Shown here: positions 25,001 through 38,200 of the stretch, in pieces
How the letters are laid out: each line of letters begins with the position of its first letter
Position numbering within the stretch: position 1 is the first letter of the stretch
NCBI GenBank assembly: GCA_051362555.1
Contig: CM120640.1
Location: 63,342,788 to 63,406,787 of the forward strand
DNA length: 64,000 bases
Reading direction: 5' to 3'
Origin: Lingula anatina
Lineage: Eukaryota; Animalia; Brachiopoda
Made by a program: the position numbers and the translations under genes
The notes under the pieces: generated by a model
What the model was told of the DNA's origin: nothing
The model's database searches: none
What the model saw: the letters and a program-made list of their open reading frames with translations, nothing else

Positions 25001-28000
25001 TTTTCTATTCATCAAAGTTCTAGCCTACTGTCTCCACCAAGCCTTACCAGAGGACAAAGCTCAGGCATCGATTTACCATCTCACCAAGGCAGTATAGAAA
25101 AATTGGTAAGCACCATAACTGACTTTGGATTTGCTGATGACTTGGCTCTACTTTCTGATATAGTGGAACAAGGACAGGAACTTCTGTTGGCCTTGGAAAG
25201 AGAGGATGCAAAGATTGGGGTTTAGATCAACGCCAAAAAAAAACAAAAAACAAACAAACAAACAGTACATGAGTTTTTACCAGTCAACTGATGTACCAGT
25301 GTCTACCTTGAATGGCAGCAAATTACATCAAGTGCAAATATAATTGTATATGGATAGCATCAACAAGTCAGGACATTCTTGTCAGGAAAGGGCTAGCCTG
25401 GACATCCATCAACAAACTACAAAAGATCTGTAAATCTTTCTCGACAACTTAAAATTTATATATTCCAAACATTGGTTGAGCCAGTACTTCTTTACAGTTC
25501 TGAAACATGAATGCCAAAAGTCACCTCTAAAATAAGAAACGGCAGATTGAAGGCTGCCAGCCATTTTTATCGTCACACAGAAGCAGCAGCAAATAGATTT
25601 CTGCTCTGGGTACCCACACACGGCTCTTTGGACTCACCAAACAAAACTTATTTCCAGGTCCTCCTTGCAGACACTGGCTTGGAGCATGTTTAAAATAAAT
25701 GAGCTTGTCAGTATCATGGAGGACTGTAGGGTCTGGAAATCTATTTATGCTGTCGTCTAATTAATGATGTTGATGGTCGACTGCTGTTGTTATGAGTGAT
25801 TGATTTGTAAATGTTCATTATTTTTAACAGAAAAGAATGGAAACTAATGGTTTCTAAAAAGGAGTATGTAATCAATAGTCATGAATTGATAAATGTGTCC
25901 TTCATGACAGTGAAATGGGTCATTGAGAGATGTGCCTCATGTTTTTCTCATCATTTAACTGTTAGGACAGATGTGGTTCACCTCTAATTTTCAGTTTTTA
26001 AGCTAATTTTGAAATGTACATATAATTCAGTAATGTTTATTTTTATCATGTGCACTAATTCATTTTGTTTTTGATTATATTGGAAACTTTTTACTTGTTT
26101 GTTTCTGTACTGTTTTAGTCACATAGCTTTTAGTTAGAATTGCTTCAGTTGTGATTGCAGATCTAATTTGTTTCCATATTCTCTGTTGCAATGGAAATAA
26201 ATTGCATAAGTTGGGAGAGTCCACTGTGTTGAAAGAGTTTGTTTGGGTACAAGTGAACTAGGTTCAGTTGCAGGTGAAATGATTTACCTGTTTTTGCTTT
26301 GGTGTTTATGCTTCACTTGTGTGCATTATATAATAACAGGTAGAAGTACAGCATTCTGCATTCTATTCTGGGGTCCATATTTAATGAGTATTAATAACAT
26401 TCATTATTTGTGGCAATAATATCATGCTACAGTAGTTCACTTTGAGTGTTATAATTTACTGAAATAATAGTAAAATAATTGAAAGGAGTGTCTTGGAAGC
26501 CAGCTGTTGGTAAATATCTTTAATTAGATTTAAAACAATAATAATAGAAAGAAAGGTTCCATTTTTGATGTGCCAGCTAAAGTGCATTGAGGTAAAGCTG
26601 AGTCTGAGTTTTGCAGTTAAAGAATTTGATTTGAACAGTAAAGATGTTGTGTCCAAAAAAAAAAAAAAATAAATAAAAAAAATAAAAAAATAATAATAAA
26701 ATGATGTTATTACTTTTTGTGGTGTAACAGCATTAGTAAATGTAGTTTCACAAGAAGTGTATTAAAGGTGAGAGTGACCTACTAAATTTTCAGGAATGGA
26801 CAAATAGAGCAAGCTGTCTAGACAATGACTTTGTTGTGAAATGAGAATTGGGCCAAGTTGTGTGAGTCATAAGATGTGAACTATTAAAGTTGCCAAGTAC
26901 TTTAAAGGTGCACATATCTGGGTCATTTTTCAGTTCAGGGCAATGGCTTGTATGTACTGTATGTGGTGTTTCATTTCCAGTTCAAAAACACAAGATAACA
27001 TTAAATATGTTTTAATATTAGTAATGGAAATCGTGTATATTTTCCTAAACCAATAATCCTTAAATTTAAGAACATTCAGATCTATAAACATTCCTTTAAT
27101 GAGAGATACCCAAACTATCATGCCCTCCCTGCCCAACACGCACACTAATGTGCGCGTGTGTGCGCACACACACACATACACACACACACACACACCGATG
27201 AACTTAAGTAATTCAAAATATTTCGATTGGTGAAACACTTAGAAGAAAGTTAAAAGTTAGAAGAAGTAATCTTTTTTTTTCATGTAAAATATATGTTCTT
27301 CTTTAGTCGCACATACTTTCAAAGATCACTTGAATTTAATGAGAGAAAAACAGTTTAAAATCTTTGATGAGACTTACAAAAATAATTTGAGTTAAGCTGT
27401 AGTGCAACTTGGTGAATATTATGCAAGTTTTTGAACATGTTATAGAAGACATAAGCTACAAGGTAAATACCAATATGAATAATATGCCAGTTTGTATCAA
27501 CAATGAAACTAGACCTCATGGTAACTGACCTTTAATTCAGTAACATACATCGTGAATATCTATAAGACCCCAGAACATTTTGCATTATAGTATAAATTGA
27601 ATGAAAGCATTGACTAAATCCAGGTCGTGACCCTGTCTCACTTGAATAACTTTGTTTTCATTGCAGTTTTATTTTAAGACATATGACATATTTATGACCT
27701 TATGTGGATTAGTCTGTTAGGTTTAAGTCTAATTATGTGTGGAGAATTGTTTTGTTTAAATACCGATAATGTTTTAAAATGTTTCAGAGATTAGAATATT
27801 GTACTGGTCTGCATTTGTATCAACATCTATTTTAAAGCATTGGACATTGAATAATGTTCAGGATTCTAGACAATTTCCAGACAAGTATTTATTGCATAAC
27901 CACAAAACTAAAAGGATAAGCAAGGTTAATGTCTGAGATTGACTTAGATGTTGTTGTCCTTCACCTTGGTAGTAGAATGCACGGGTTCACGAGAGTGCAT

Positions 28001-30109
28001 AACTATGAACTCTTCCAGATTACACAAGAAAAACCAGAATGAAATCCGCCTATTGCATGTTCTTTAACTTGGACTCATCCATATGGGAAAACATCTTTTT
28101 CTTCTGTAATAAATAGGTGATACTTGATTTTAACTTTTCAGACAATCATGAAAGTTTGGGACTTTATTTAAGATATTTAGTGCTTCAAATGTTTAAAAAA
28201 AAATGAAATAAAATAAAATTTTAAATACCAATTCTGTATGTTTCTTTATATATTCTGATCTCTTTGTCTGCCCATGCCAGGGATGTCTGATACATGATCA
28301 TACATCTGTTGTTCACTCTAACACTGCCAAACCATGTGTTTGTTTCACTTAAAAAAATTTTTTTTTGCTTTTTTTTTTTGTAGAAATGCAGCTTCTGTGC
28401 AAAATTGGCATTATTAGATTAATAATATTACAAAAGTTATTATTAATGCATGTTTATATTAAAAGGGAGCAATACGAATTCCATTTTTCTGTGAAATATT
28501 AATATCTGTATATTAGCTAGCTTTACTGCCTAGTTGACATTGTGCATTGACACATGCAAACAGAAAATGCTGAAAAAAGTTTTAACATGCCTTTTTCTGA
28601 GCTTGAAAAAGAATCACTTCATGCTGTTTAATTGACAAAAATAACTTGTAAATACTCTTGGTCACATTGAAAGAGGTAAATTACGAAAAGTATGCAATAT
28701 ATTATTGATTCAGTTTGTTAAGCTGATAAGTATTTTTATTATTCAAATATGTCATTGATACTTTGTAATTAATAATTTATCAATTTCAGGATTTTTTATG
28801 ATCATATTTGAAGATTATATTTTTGGTTTTATGTTTATTGCTAGCAAAAAAGGCAACAAAAAATCTGAAAATTGTAAAATCTTATGTTAATTACTATTGA
28901 ATAGAAGCAATGATTTTTCTAGGCACTCCGTGTGTCTATGGAAGAGCAGCGTGCAAGACAGGAAGATGAAGCTCGAAAAACTGTTGCGGAGACTGCATCA
29001 GAAAGTGGGGCAGGCACAGGTAATTTGATGAATAATGTTTTGAAGAACATTGTTTTTCTTATCACTCATTGTATTGGATTCGTTGGTAATTGCCACAATA
29101 ATTATTCATCTTTCCCTCTGCTGAATTTGTTATTTTGAGAATTTTTTTTTTGACTTCTAGCAACCAGTGAAGAGACCCTTCTTCAGCAGGCTCTTGCTAT
29201 GTCTATGGGACAAGAAGAAGGAACTATGTCTGAAACTCCTCGTGATTTTGATCCCTCTGGGATGAGTGAAGAAGAGCAGATTGCTATGGCAATGGCAATG
29301 TCACTGCAAGGCTCAGGTATTGTTCCTTCAGCTGTTTTTTTATTCCTACCTTTATAAAATTTGATGAAAAAGAATTCCAGTATTACTTCGCTTTAGAGAT
29401 TTTGGAAATTGACTTTTATGAAATGACCAATGACGTCCTGTGAATCCATTTTCAAGGGAATGCCACTGTAATATATTTATGATGTTTAATATATGTATCT
29501 CTGTAGCAGAGACAACACCAATCCCCATGGAGACTGATGATGGAACTGGTGCCACCTCGGAGCAAAAAGATGTAAGTACATGCTAATTTTTTTTATTTTT
29601 GTTAAATGTTGATTCAGTCAGGATCTAACCATCTTTTGTTGATTTCTAGTCCAATTCATTCTTTTAGCATTAAACATCATGTTTAAATGAAATTTTGTTC
29701 TGTGTTTTTTTTGCATAATTGTACCATAAATATATTATTTGTTAAGATAAATAATATAAATAAGACAACGAAAAGGAACAAATATTTGCATGATATATGT
29801 TATGAGGAGAATATTTACCATGTTAACTTTATCATTTGACATGAATGATCACTACACAGTATAAAAGAAAAAGACAACAGAATGGCATGAAAAAACAAAT
29901 GTCATCTTTTACAGAAAAAGCCAGAAGATGAAGATTATTCAGAGGTAATGAATGACCCAGAATTCCTTCAGAATGTCCTGGAAAACTTGCCTGGTGTGGA
30001 TCCTCAGAGTGAAGCTATCAGGTCTGCAGTAGGTTCATTAACCAAAAAAGGCGAAGATACAAAAGGGGAGAAAAAGGATGAATCTGGGGATAAAGGGGAC
30101 AAGAAGTGA
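22100..30109 (+). CDS. PSMD4: 26S proteasome non-ATPase regulatory subunit 4 (Rpn10/S5a), ~389 aa
   Basis: Exons 22100-22125 (MVLESTMVC), 22701-22841, 23128-23239, 23429-23515, 23689-23757, 24152-24213, 24461-24620, 28923-29019, 29161-29316, 29507-29571, 29915-30109. VWA domain ([25 protein letters not shown]), UIMs ([25 protein letters not shown]) and a C-terminal [17 protein letters not shown]. Confidence 0.97.
24688..25775 (+). mobile_element. Degenerate 5'-truncated non-LTR retrotransposon (RTE-like reverse transcriptase fragment) in PSMD4 intron 7
   Basis: Frameshifted RT motifs [43 protein letters not shown] and a C-terminal [11 protein letters not shown], followed by a TGA-rich tail. 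Clade assignment is an inference. Confidence 0.85.
27150..27195. repeat. (CA)n microsatellite
   Basis: Read directly from sequence. Confidence 0.85.
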
Positions 30110-32263
30110 TGATGGCCTTACAAATGCCCTAGTTCTCTCACCAGATTGACATTTTGTATTTAACCAACTGGATCTTTTCATGAATGTAATTGAAAAAAAA
30201 AGGGAAGCGTTTCTACCAACATTCTGTTTCTGTTAAAAGTATAGCAGAGTTTTCAGTTTGTTTGTATATTAAAAGTGCAGTTACATAATATCAGGTAATA
30301 AAGAGTGACAAGTTTGTGACTGAAAGTGAAATGGACTCTCTTACTGATAGAAAACTGAAGTAGGTTGTTCACTTCATGTTTATTTTTCTTTATAGTTAAA
30401 CATGCATGATCTTAGAGGAAATAAAGATGCAAACATGCAGTTAAAGTACTTAACTCTTCCCTGTTCATTTCTTGTAAATTTTCACATTATTAAAAGGATA
30501 ACAACTGTTTATTTTGGCTAAAAAATGAATTTCCTGGGGTTACCGGCAATTTTTCCATACTTACCAATGGTTAATGAATCCATTTCTACATTCAAATAAT
30601 TTCATGTACATAAGTACTTGCTTTAAGGTAATATGCGCATTTGAAAATGCCCCGTCTCACTTTTCTCCTGCAAAGCTTCCCAATTCAGAAACACCCTTAA
30701 TGAAAAAATATTTGAAGCATAACTTGTCATTTTTTTCTCAGCATTCGCACTGCAAGTGACATCTAGCAACTTCATATATTACATGTATAATTGCCACGAT
30801 ACAAAACGCCACGCAATATTCATGTCTAAGAGTAATGAGACATGTTTGGCAATTGTACCATTTCATGGTTCCCTGACATTCACACTGTTAGTGCCCGAGA
30901 ATGGCCTTGTGGGAAAGATTTTATCCAGGCTCTTACGATCACACATTGTAAATAGATTTTGACTGCAACCAACCTATTTGCTAAACGTGTCGTAAATGCA
31001 GCTAGTGGCTTTGCACATTTAAGTGATTTGTTTTGATAGGAAATTTGTGTACGGATAACCTTCAATGTGCACTTTCATGCAATAAAATGGCAATTCTTCG
31101 AGTTTTTTTTTTATCCTATTTTTAATTTAATATTTTTATTTTAAATGACTTACCACGAATTGAGAGAAATGAAAAATCCATTTTTGAGGGACAATCCTGT
31201 GGAAAGCACCCAAGGCATCTGACTCAGTAAAAACAAATCAAAAGTACAGCTGAAACTGCATGTTTTATTCATTATAATTATCTGACAAACGATGGAATAA
31301 TCTGCTGTACAATATACTGGGTAATATAAAAAGCAAATGCGCCAACAGAATGATACATACATACATACATACAATTACAATAGCTTGCTTGGAATACCAC
31401 TAGAGTGAATTTTTCATACTTTTAAAAAGTTTATATCTAATACTATTACAGCTTCCAACATGACATTATACCATGTTTAAAGCATATTACAAACTGCGAG
31501 CAACAGTATCATTATAATACAGAAATCAGACGTGACCTTTATTTTAATGAAGTTATTATTAAACATTATACCTTTTGCATACCAAAAGGCAGGGCATTCC
31601 GCCCATATAATATTATAACAAGTTGTCAAATGCATCATCACAAGGATCTACTTTATGCCTGGGCATGCATATCATAAACCCACATTATACATTTGTAGAC
31701 ATAAGTGTGGGGAAATCTAAGATTACAAGAAATACTTTAAAAACTGTGACCCCCAGCTGAGTTGATCAAAGGGGTAAGTTTAAGGCACAACTCTACTTAA
31801 TAATAAAGTCAAAATTAAATGTTTATGTCAGACCTGGCAATCCAAACTTACATATGGGTTAGCAATCAAATAAAGTCAAATAACATGTGCTTTAACTTGC
31901 TTGCACTGTCACAAATACAATGGCAACTCATACTAAAATTAAATCCACAAAAGGTGCATCAAGGTTTACACATGTACTACAGCAGTATATACAACAGCAA
32001 TCAACTGAAACGATTGAGCTTAATAGGACTGGAAACCCAAGGATAAAGGTGAACTCAATCAACACTTTCTTAAATAAATTTGTTGTTTCAATGTCAGTTT
32101 TTCGAAGTAGAATAAGACAAGTGCCACTCTGGTTAAAAATGATAGTAAAGACTCTAAACATCCAAACAGTTTAGCTCCACCAGGCAGCTAAAAATAGATT
32201 TGTACACTCATTTTGATGACCAATTGCACCTTGGCTATTTCCCCCTTCTCTTCCCTTTTCTCT

Positions 32264-35200
32264 CTAGTTAGCCCAGTAGGTGTTGTACGTCTTGGGAACA
32301 CCCTTTGGCTGGACATTGCTCTGTTGGGAGCTGCTTATTCTGCCTGTTCCGCTAGTATCCTGAATAGAAAAAAAGCAACTACAGTGACTGCAGAATATTT
32401 CCTTCAATGTCCATCACACTGTGGTTGGGGTTTTGTAATGTTAAATTACATGTTTTATAATTTGCCTGATAGCAGTAAACCATTTTTTAAAAATTCTACC
32501 CTTCCTTAGAACATGCACAATCATTACTGCCTCATACATATACCTTCTTAGAAAAAATACTTAAGTTTTTTCTTACATTATAATGAAAAACAATCAACAA
32601 TTACTATGCTACAGAGACAGCAGAAAGCCACTGCCTAGCTAAGATTTGAAGATATTAGTACAAGTCACTAAGTATTAAATCAAACTAATAATAATGGTGC
32701 TAATATACAAAGAAAGATAGAAAAGACACTAAAAGATACACACCCTACCAACCTGCTGAAGAGGGTGCAGCATCCCCTGGTGTGTCATCATGGGCATGAA
32801 GGGGGTAGCCGCATATGCTGTAGCAGGTGCTCCAATGGGCCCCCCTTGTGTGCCTCCAGATAGCAAGGTATTGAATGGGGGTGGTGTCCCATGGAACCCT
32901 TGCTTTTCAAAAGACTGAAGGGATGAGAGAAAGACAAAAACAAAATAAGATGCATCATAAAAGGACAAACTTAACAAAAGAGTTTAAGGGCAGAGAGAAA
33001 TTTTACAAACAGCACATTAAACAACAACTCAGTTTCACTTGCACATTAACATTTTCTAAAAGTGCCACATGGAAACTCATATATTAGCAAACGGTCAAAA
33101 TTTTCTTTTTAGGGAACAAAATATAAAGCGATTTTCATATAAATTGGACATTTTCAGAGGAATATAAGTAGGAAAAAAGTGGTTTTGGTGAATGACAACT
33201 AAACTATATCTAAATGAGTTGTTTGGCGCCATATCCCAACTCATTCCATACTTTCAAAAACTGAACAAATGATTTATTAGTTGAGATGATTTAGTTTGAT
33301 GGTTAAAAAACACTGACAGTGATACTAACAACTACGAGGTGCATGCTTAAACACTGAACCAAATGGAGTCTCACCTTACTGTAAGCGGCACCACTCAGAT
33401 CAGTAATACTGCTTGCTGAGGTCACACTCGCTGGACAGGAGAAAGAAAAAAATTGTTTTACACCAGCAAGTCTCTTAATTCTTTCAGAAGATTCCTTTAT
33501 ACAAAAAGGTTACAATACAAGAAAGAGACAAGAAACATTTGTGTTGACTTTAATGGGATTATATCTCCAGCATCAAACATTAGGAGAGTCTACCTATGGA
33601 GGAAAATAAGAAATATGCATCATACCCAAATTCCCTGTAAGCAGGCAGCTAGAAGCAAAAGTTTCTGTTATTTTAAAAATATAACTTACGTGATCCTACT
33701 GATGCCTTAGGCTGACTCTGAGATACTCCTCCATATGCAGTTTTGAAGTCTTGCCCTTGGTTCAGATCATCATATCCTGAGAAAAAAATCAAGGATTAGT
33801 ATATTGACTTCATGATGTAAAGAAGATGTTACAAACTACAATATCACTCCAAGTACATTTTGAATATCTATAATGGTACGTCTGACTCCTAAACAGTTAA
33901 CTTTGATACAGTCACTAAAACAACCGCTTAAAAACAAAATTTCAACTATGACACGGTTCACTGATCAAAAATTCCCTAAAAATCTGTGTAGACACAAGGA
34001 GAGGGATACATATAGCAGGGTTATATTAAAGACACCAACTGTAGTTTTCAGAGCCAGTCTCTAGATTGGCAAAATAAATTCCATCCCCAACTGGACATAT
34101 AAGTGTGAAACCTTAAAACCTGTTCAAGGTGTACCAGAACCAATCATTCATTAATTTGCTATCAAACATCTATAACTGTGAAACTTACTACCTGTCCCAT
34201 ACGTGTGAGAGCCATATCCTCCAGCAGCCTTCTGGAACTGTGCTGTGGCTGCTGTGGGGAACTGTGCTGTAGCAGCCGTTGTACCAACATGAGCAGCATT
34301 TGTTACTTGAGGCATCTGCTGGAAGATACAAAACCATACAAGGCTAGAATATAGAGTCAGAAATTTGGGCAAAAATAACTGAAATTGTTTATGTGAACCA
34401 TTCCCAGCATGAGAAAAAAGTAAAGAAAAAGAAAAAAAATTGATTCCTATTACTGTTTAAAAAACTCTTCAAGAACCAAAATGTTGCTTCATTAAAATTG
34501 TAGTTTTAGTGCTGAAGTTCATAGTTTAGCAAATAGGTTAATTTTTTTACATGACAAAGGTAGAATTGTATTCCATGTCTTGAATTTTGCAATAAGATTT
34601 TAACTATGTGCATTTTCAGGATCAACCTTTGGCAAGGAGATTTACAGAATTCATTGTACTTCAAGGATCCTGAATGAATTCTTTTACTTACTGCTGGATA
34701 CACAGTAGGTGTATAGACCCCTGGTACCATGCCAGGTGTTGGGTAATAGAAACCATAGCCAGGTGGAAAAGTAGCAGGATTGAAGATGGTCTGCTGGTGT
34801 CCCTGTGTCTGCTGAGGTGTTGTCTGAGTTCCCTGGATGGGAGACTGTGCATCCACCCTGTTCATCTTTCCATCTGAAACACCTGCTAATGTGCAAAATC
34901 ATGTAAATTATTAATTAAAATTAAGACGACTATTCCGTTGTTCAAAATGCCATGCATCTATAATAAAGTCATACTGGAGACATCAATTATAATAATTCCA
35001 TAAAACAGTGCTTAACCAGATATATAACATCAAGTCACTTAAAAGAAACACAACATTAAAGCAAGCCCACAAAGATCAGACAAAGAACAAGTTTTGCTGT
35101 AAAATTGATTCCAGAATGAATATCTGATTCCATGCTGCAACTGGGGCAGTAATAAAACCCCAATCTCTGTAACTTCTATCTTGACAGACAATCCTACAAA

Positions 35201-38200
35201 GTGGAATCTCCTCAGGAAAGATTGAAAAAGTTTAAACAAGATAGGAGAATCACAGAGAGATCCCTAAAATAACACCCACTTACCCCCAGCATATGACATA
35301 CTTGCAAGAGACGCCGTCGTCTGCTCCCGACCTGTTGACATAGTGCTGGGAGTGGCAAATGATGACATGTCATAGTAACCAAGGTTTAGTGTAGGGATCC
35401 CTCTCTGGATGGCTTGCAGATCCTCATAACTGTACATTGGCTGCTGGAGCCCAATGAAGGGCATGCCTGGCTGGACCATATAGTTAGCACCAAGAACTGG
35501 TGTAACCCCAGGCGGCAAGTTTGGAGGGGCTTTGTCTGAAAGTCACCAGAACACACAGTTGTTATATATAAAACTTATTAAGAGTAATCTTTTCACTGTA
35601 ACATGATAATATGCTGCTATAACATTGTCCTCAAATTACTGTAAATAAAGGTTAGATAAATTTATAAACATAAGAACTACCTGTTGCATTTCAATTTTTG
35701 TACACTTTTCGAAGAAAATGTAAAATTTGAACAACTGTATATAATCTGGCAAATCTACATATACTGTGTACAGAAAGACCAGTGCAAGAAACAGACTCAC
35801 TTGTTGTGGCAGATGGTTTTGTTGACAATGAACTAACAGATGTGGTATTGATCCCCAATGCAGCAGAGACACTGGTATTCACAGAGGGCAGAGTACTGGT
35901 TGTGGTAATAGTGGTAGTTGTCATGCTTCCTGGCACAGTGGTACCATTAGATCTGTCGAAAGAATGCTGCAAGGGAAAGGTGTTATCAATAAAGCTGACA
36001 GAAAATTAACAGAATCCCTGACCACAGTGTGTCGACTTTCAGTACAACTTACTCAAAAGACAATTTTTACAACCATAATTTTTTTCTCTGAGGATATCCT
36101 GAAATAATCACTCCAAGGCTCTAACAAGTTGTTCAAATACAACAAATGCTTACTGATGAGGGTGCTGACTGCCTCCCACTATCTAAATCAGTTTCCTTGT
36201 TTCCAGCTTTGGCTATACTTTCGGCAAATTTATTAGTCTGCTGATTAGTGCTACTGTAACTCTGAGACCCATAGCCCGTCTGAGCAGACTGACTGTCCCT
36301 CTGGTATGCAGAGCTGTGAGTTGAGGAAGAGGAAGGTTGGTACACTGATCCTGATTGGTTAGGATAACTGGTCTGCTGATTGCTACTCGACTGGTAGCTG
36401 GAGCCTGATTGGCTGATAGTTGGCTGGAAGGAGCCACTCCCAGATTGATACTGTCCTCCAGATTGGTAAGAGCTTGACTGGTTGTCTCTTGAGTAGCCCC
36501 CAGTCTGACTTGAGCCATAAGAACCAGCCTGGCTATAAGCTGACTGATAAGAGGATCCCGATTCCCTGTCATAGCCTGACTGGTTTTGGTAACCACCTGA
36601 TTGACTGCCACCATACCCCGTCTGACTTTGGAATGACCCACTGCCTGGATAACTTGAGTGACCATATTGTGAGCTAAGATTACTGTTAGGGTGAGAGTAG
36701 CCACTAGTTGTGGAATTGAGTCCTTTCACATAGTTAGCTGTGGAATAGCTGGAGGAATAGCTGGACTGCCCATAGTTTATACTTGGAGATGTTGTGGTGG
36801 CACTAAGAGAATCTGTGGCAAAAAGATATAACCTGATGTTAGAATATACATCTACAAATAAATGACAATGCATAAACACAATTTTCCCTAACGACCCCAT
36901 TACATGCACCTTAAAACAAAAACATATTTTAAGGTAAAATGACTTACAATCTTTTTTTATTACATGACGTAGAAAACTAAACTGAAAAGTTCATTTTTGC
37001 ACTAATACTAATCATGGTTATTGTATTCCTTTCTATTATTTATTACCTGTTCCCTGTCCAGATCTTCGTGATCCCATCAATGGACTTGTCTTGTTTGTAG
37101 ACTGAGAGGCAGGGAATGGTATGGGTTCTGGCGGACTGTTTACCTGGGGAAATCAGTAGTAAGGAAATTTATACAAAAATGTCATATTTTGTGGCCTAAT
37201 GTCAATGCAGCTGCTTCAGAAACCTTCAGAAACCTTTAACTTTATCCATTATGATAACAAAGGACTAGATCTAAATAGTACTGCACTACTGGAATCAATT
37301 TGTGATTCCAAATGGCAACAATAAATCAAAGGCTAGGAGGCTAGGAATACAATATCTCCTTAAATACATTCATCTGAAAGCACTTTTTTCTACTTCTTAC
37401 AAAGCAATTCTAAATCAAAATTCAAACAATTTAACTAACTGTGAATACATTACACCATTTACCTTTGGCGTCTGAGAATAGTCCTTATTAGGGGATGTCA
37501 TGGTGTTCTGGAACACACTGCTCCTGGTTTGGTCCAGGTTACTCATGTTGGATGTTGTAGTGCTTCCTGATGATGGCAGAGTGGAGTTCAGTGCAGAGTT
37601 CTCTGTAGACTTGGTTACCATGCCTGACAGGTGGTTGGTCAGGCTAGAAGAACTGCTGGAATATGAAAGCGACTCAACTAAAGCAAAAACCTGTGATAAC
37701 ATTATTAGCACATCCCAAAAAAATGATCAACAAATATGATCAAATAAGAACTCATATTTTAACGAACTTAATAAGGTGGGAAATCAGGTCAAACTACCAG
37801 TAACATTCAGGTAAATGGGGAATGTTAATTCAAAACTAACCTCATGGCAGAGCTCTTGTAGCTGCTCACTATGGCAGGATCAGCCACAGAGCCAAAACTG
37901 AGAGAGTCACCAATATCCAAACTCCCAAACTGCACATCTAGAGGCATCATATTACTCCCTGGCAAGTATGGCATCTCCACTGCTGAAGCAGGAATCTGAA
38001 GCAAAGATAATTTTCTCAATCTTTTATTTGATTTTCATACTTACTTAAATACAAGACAACTCTGTGTAGATGGTGAGAAATGATCTGAATGCCATTTTTT
38101 ATGAAAATTCAACCCGACAACAAGCATGAAAAACCATGCATTAGCACTTTTACTGATCAATTACTATCAATTATTTTTGATATTTACTACATGTCCTAAC

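Noticed and set aside
36213-36704. 163-aa alternative-frame ORF within the UBAP2L low-complexity exon
   Set aside because: It overlaps the true frame, has no homology cues, and is expected from Ser/Gln/Gly codon bias.
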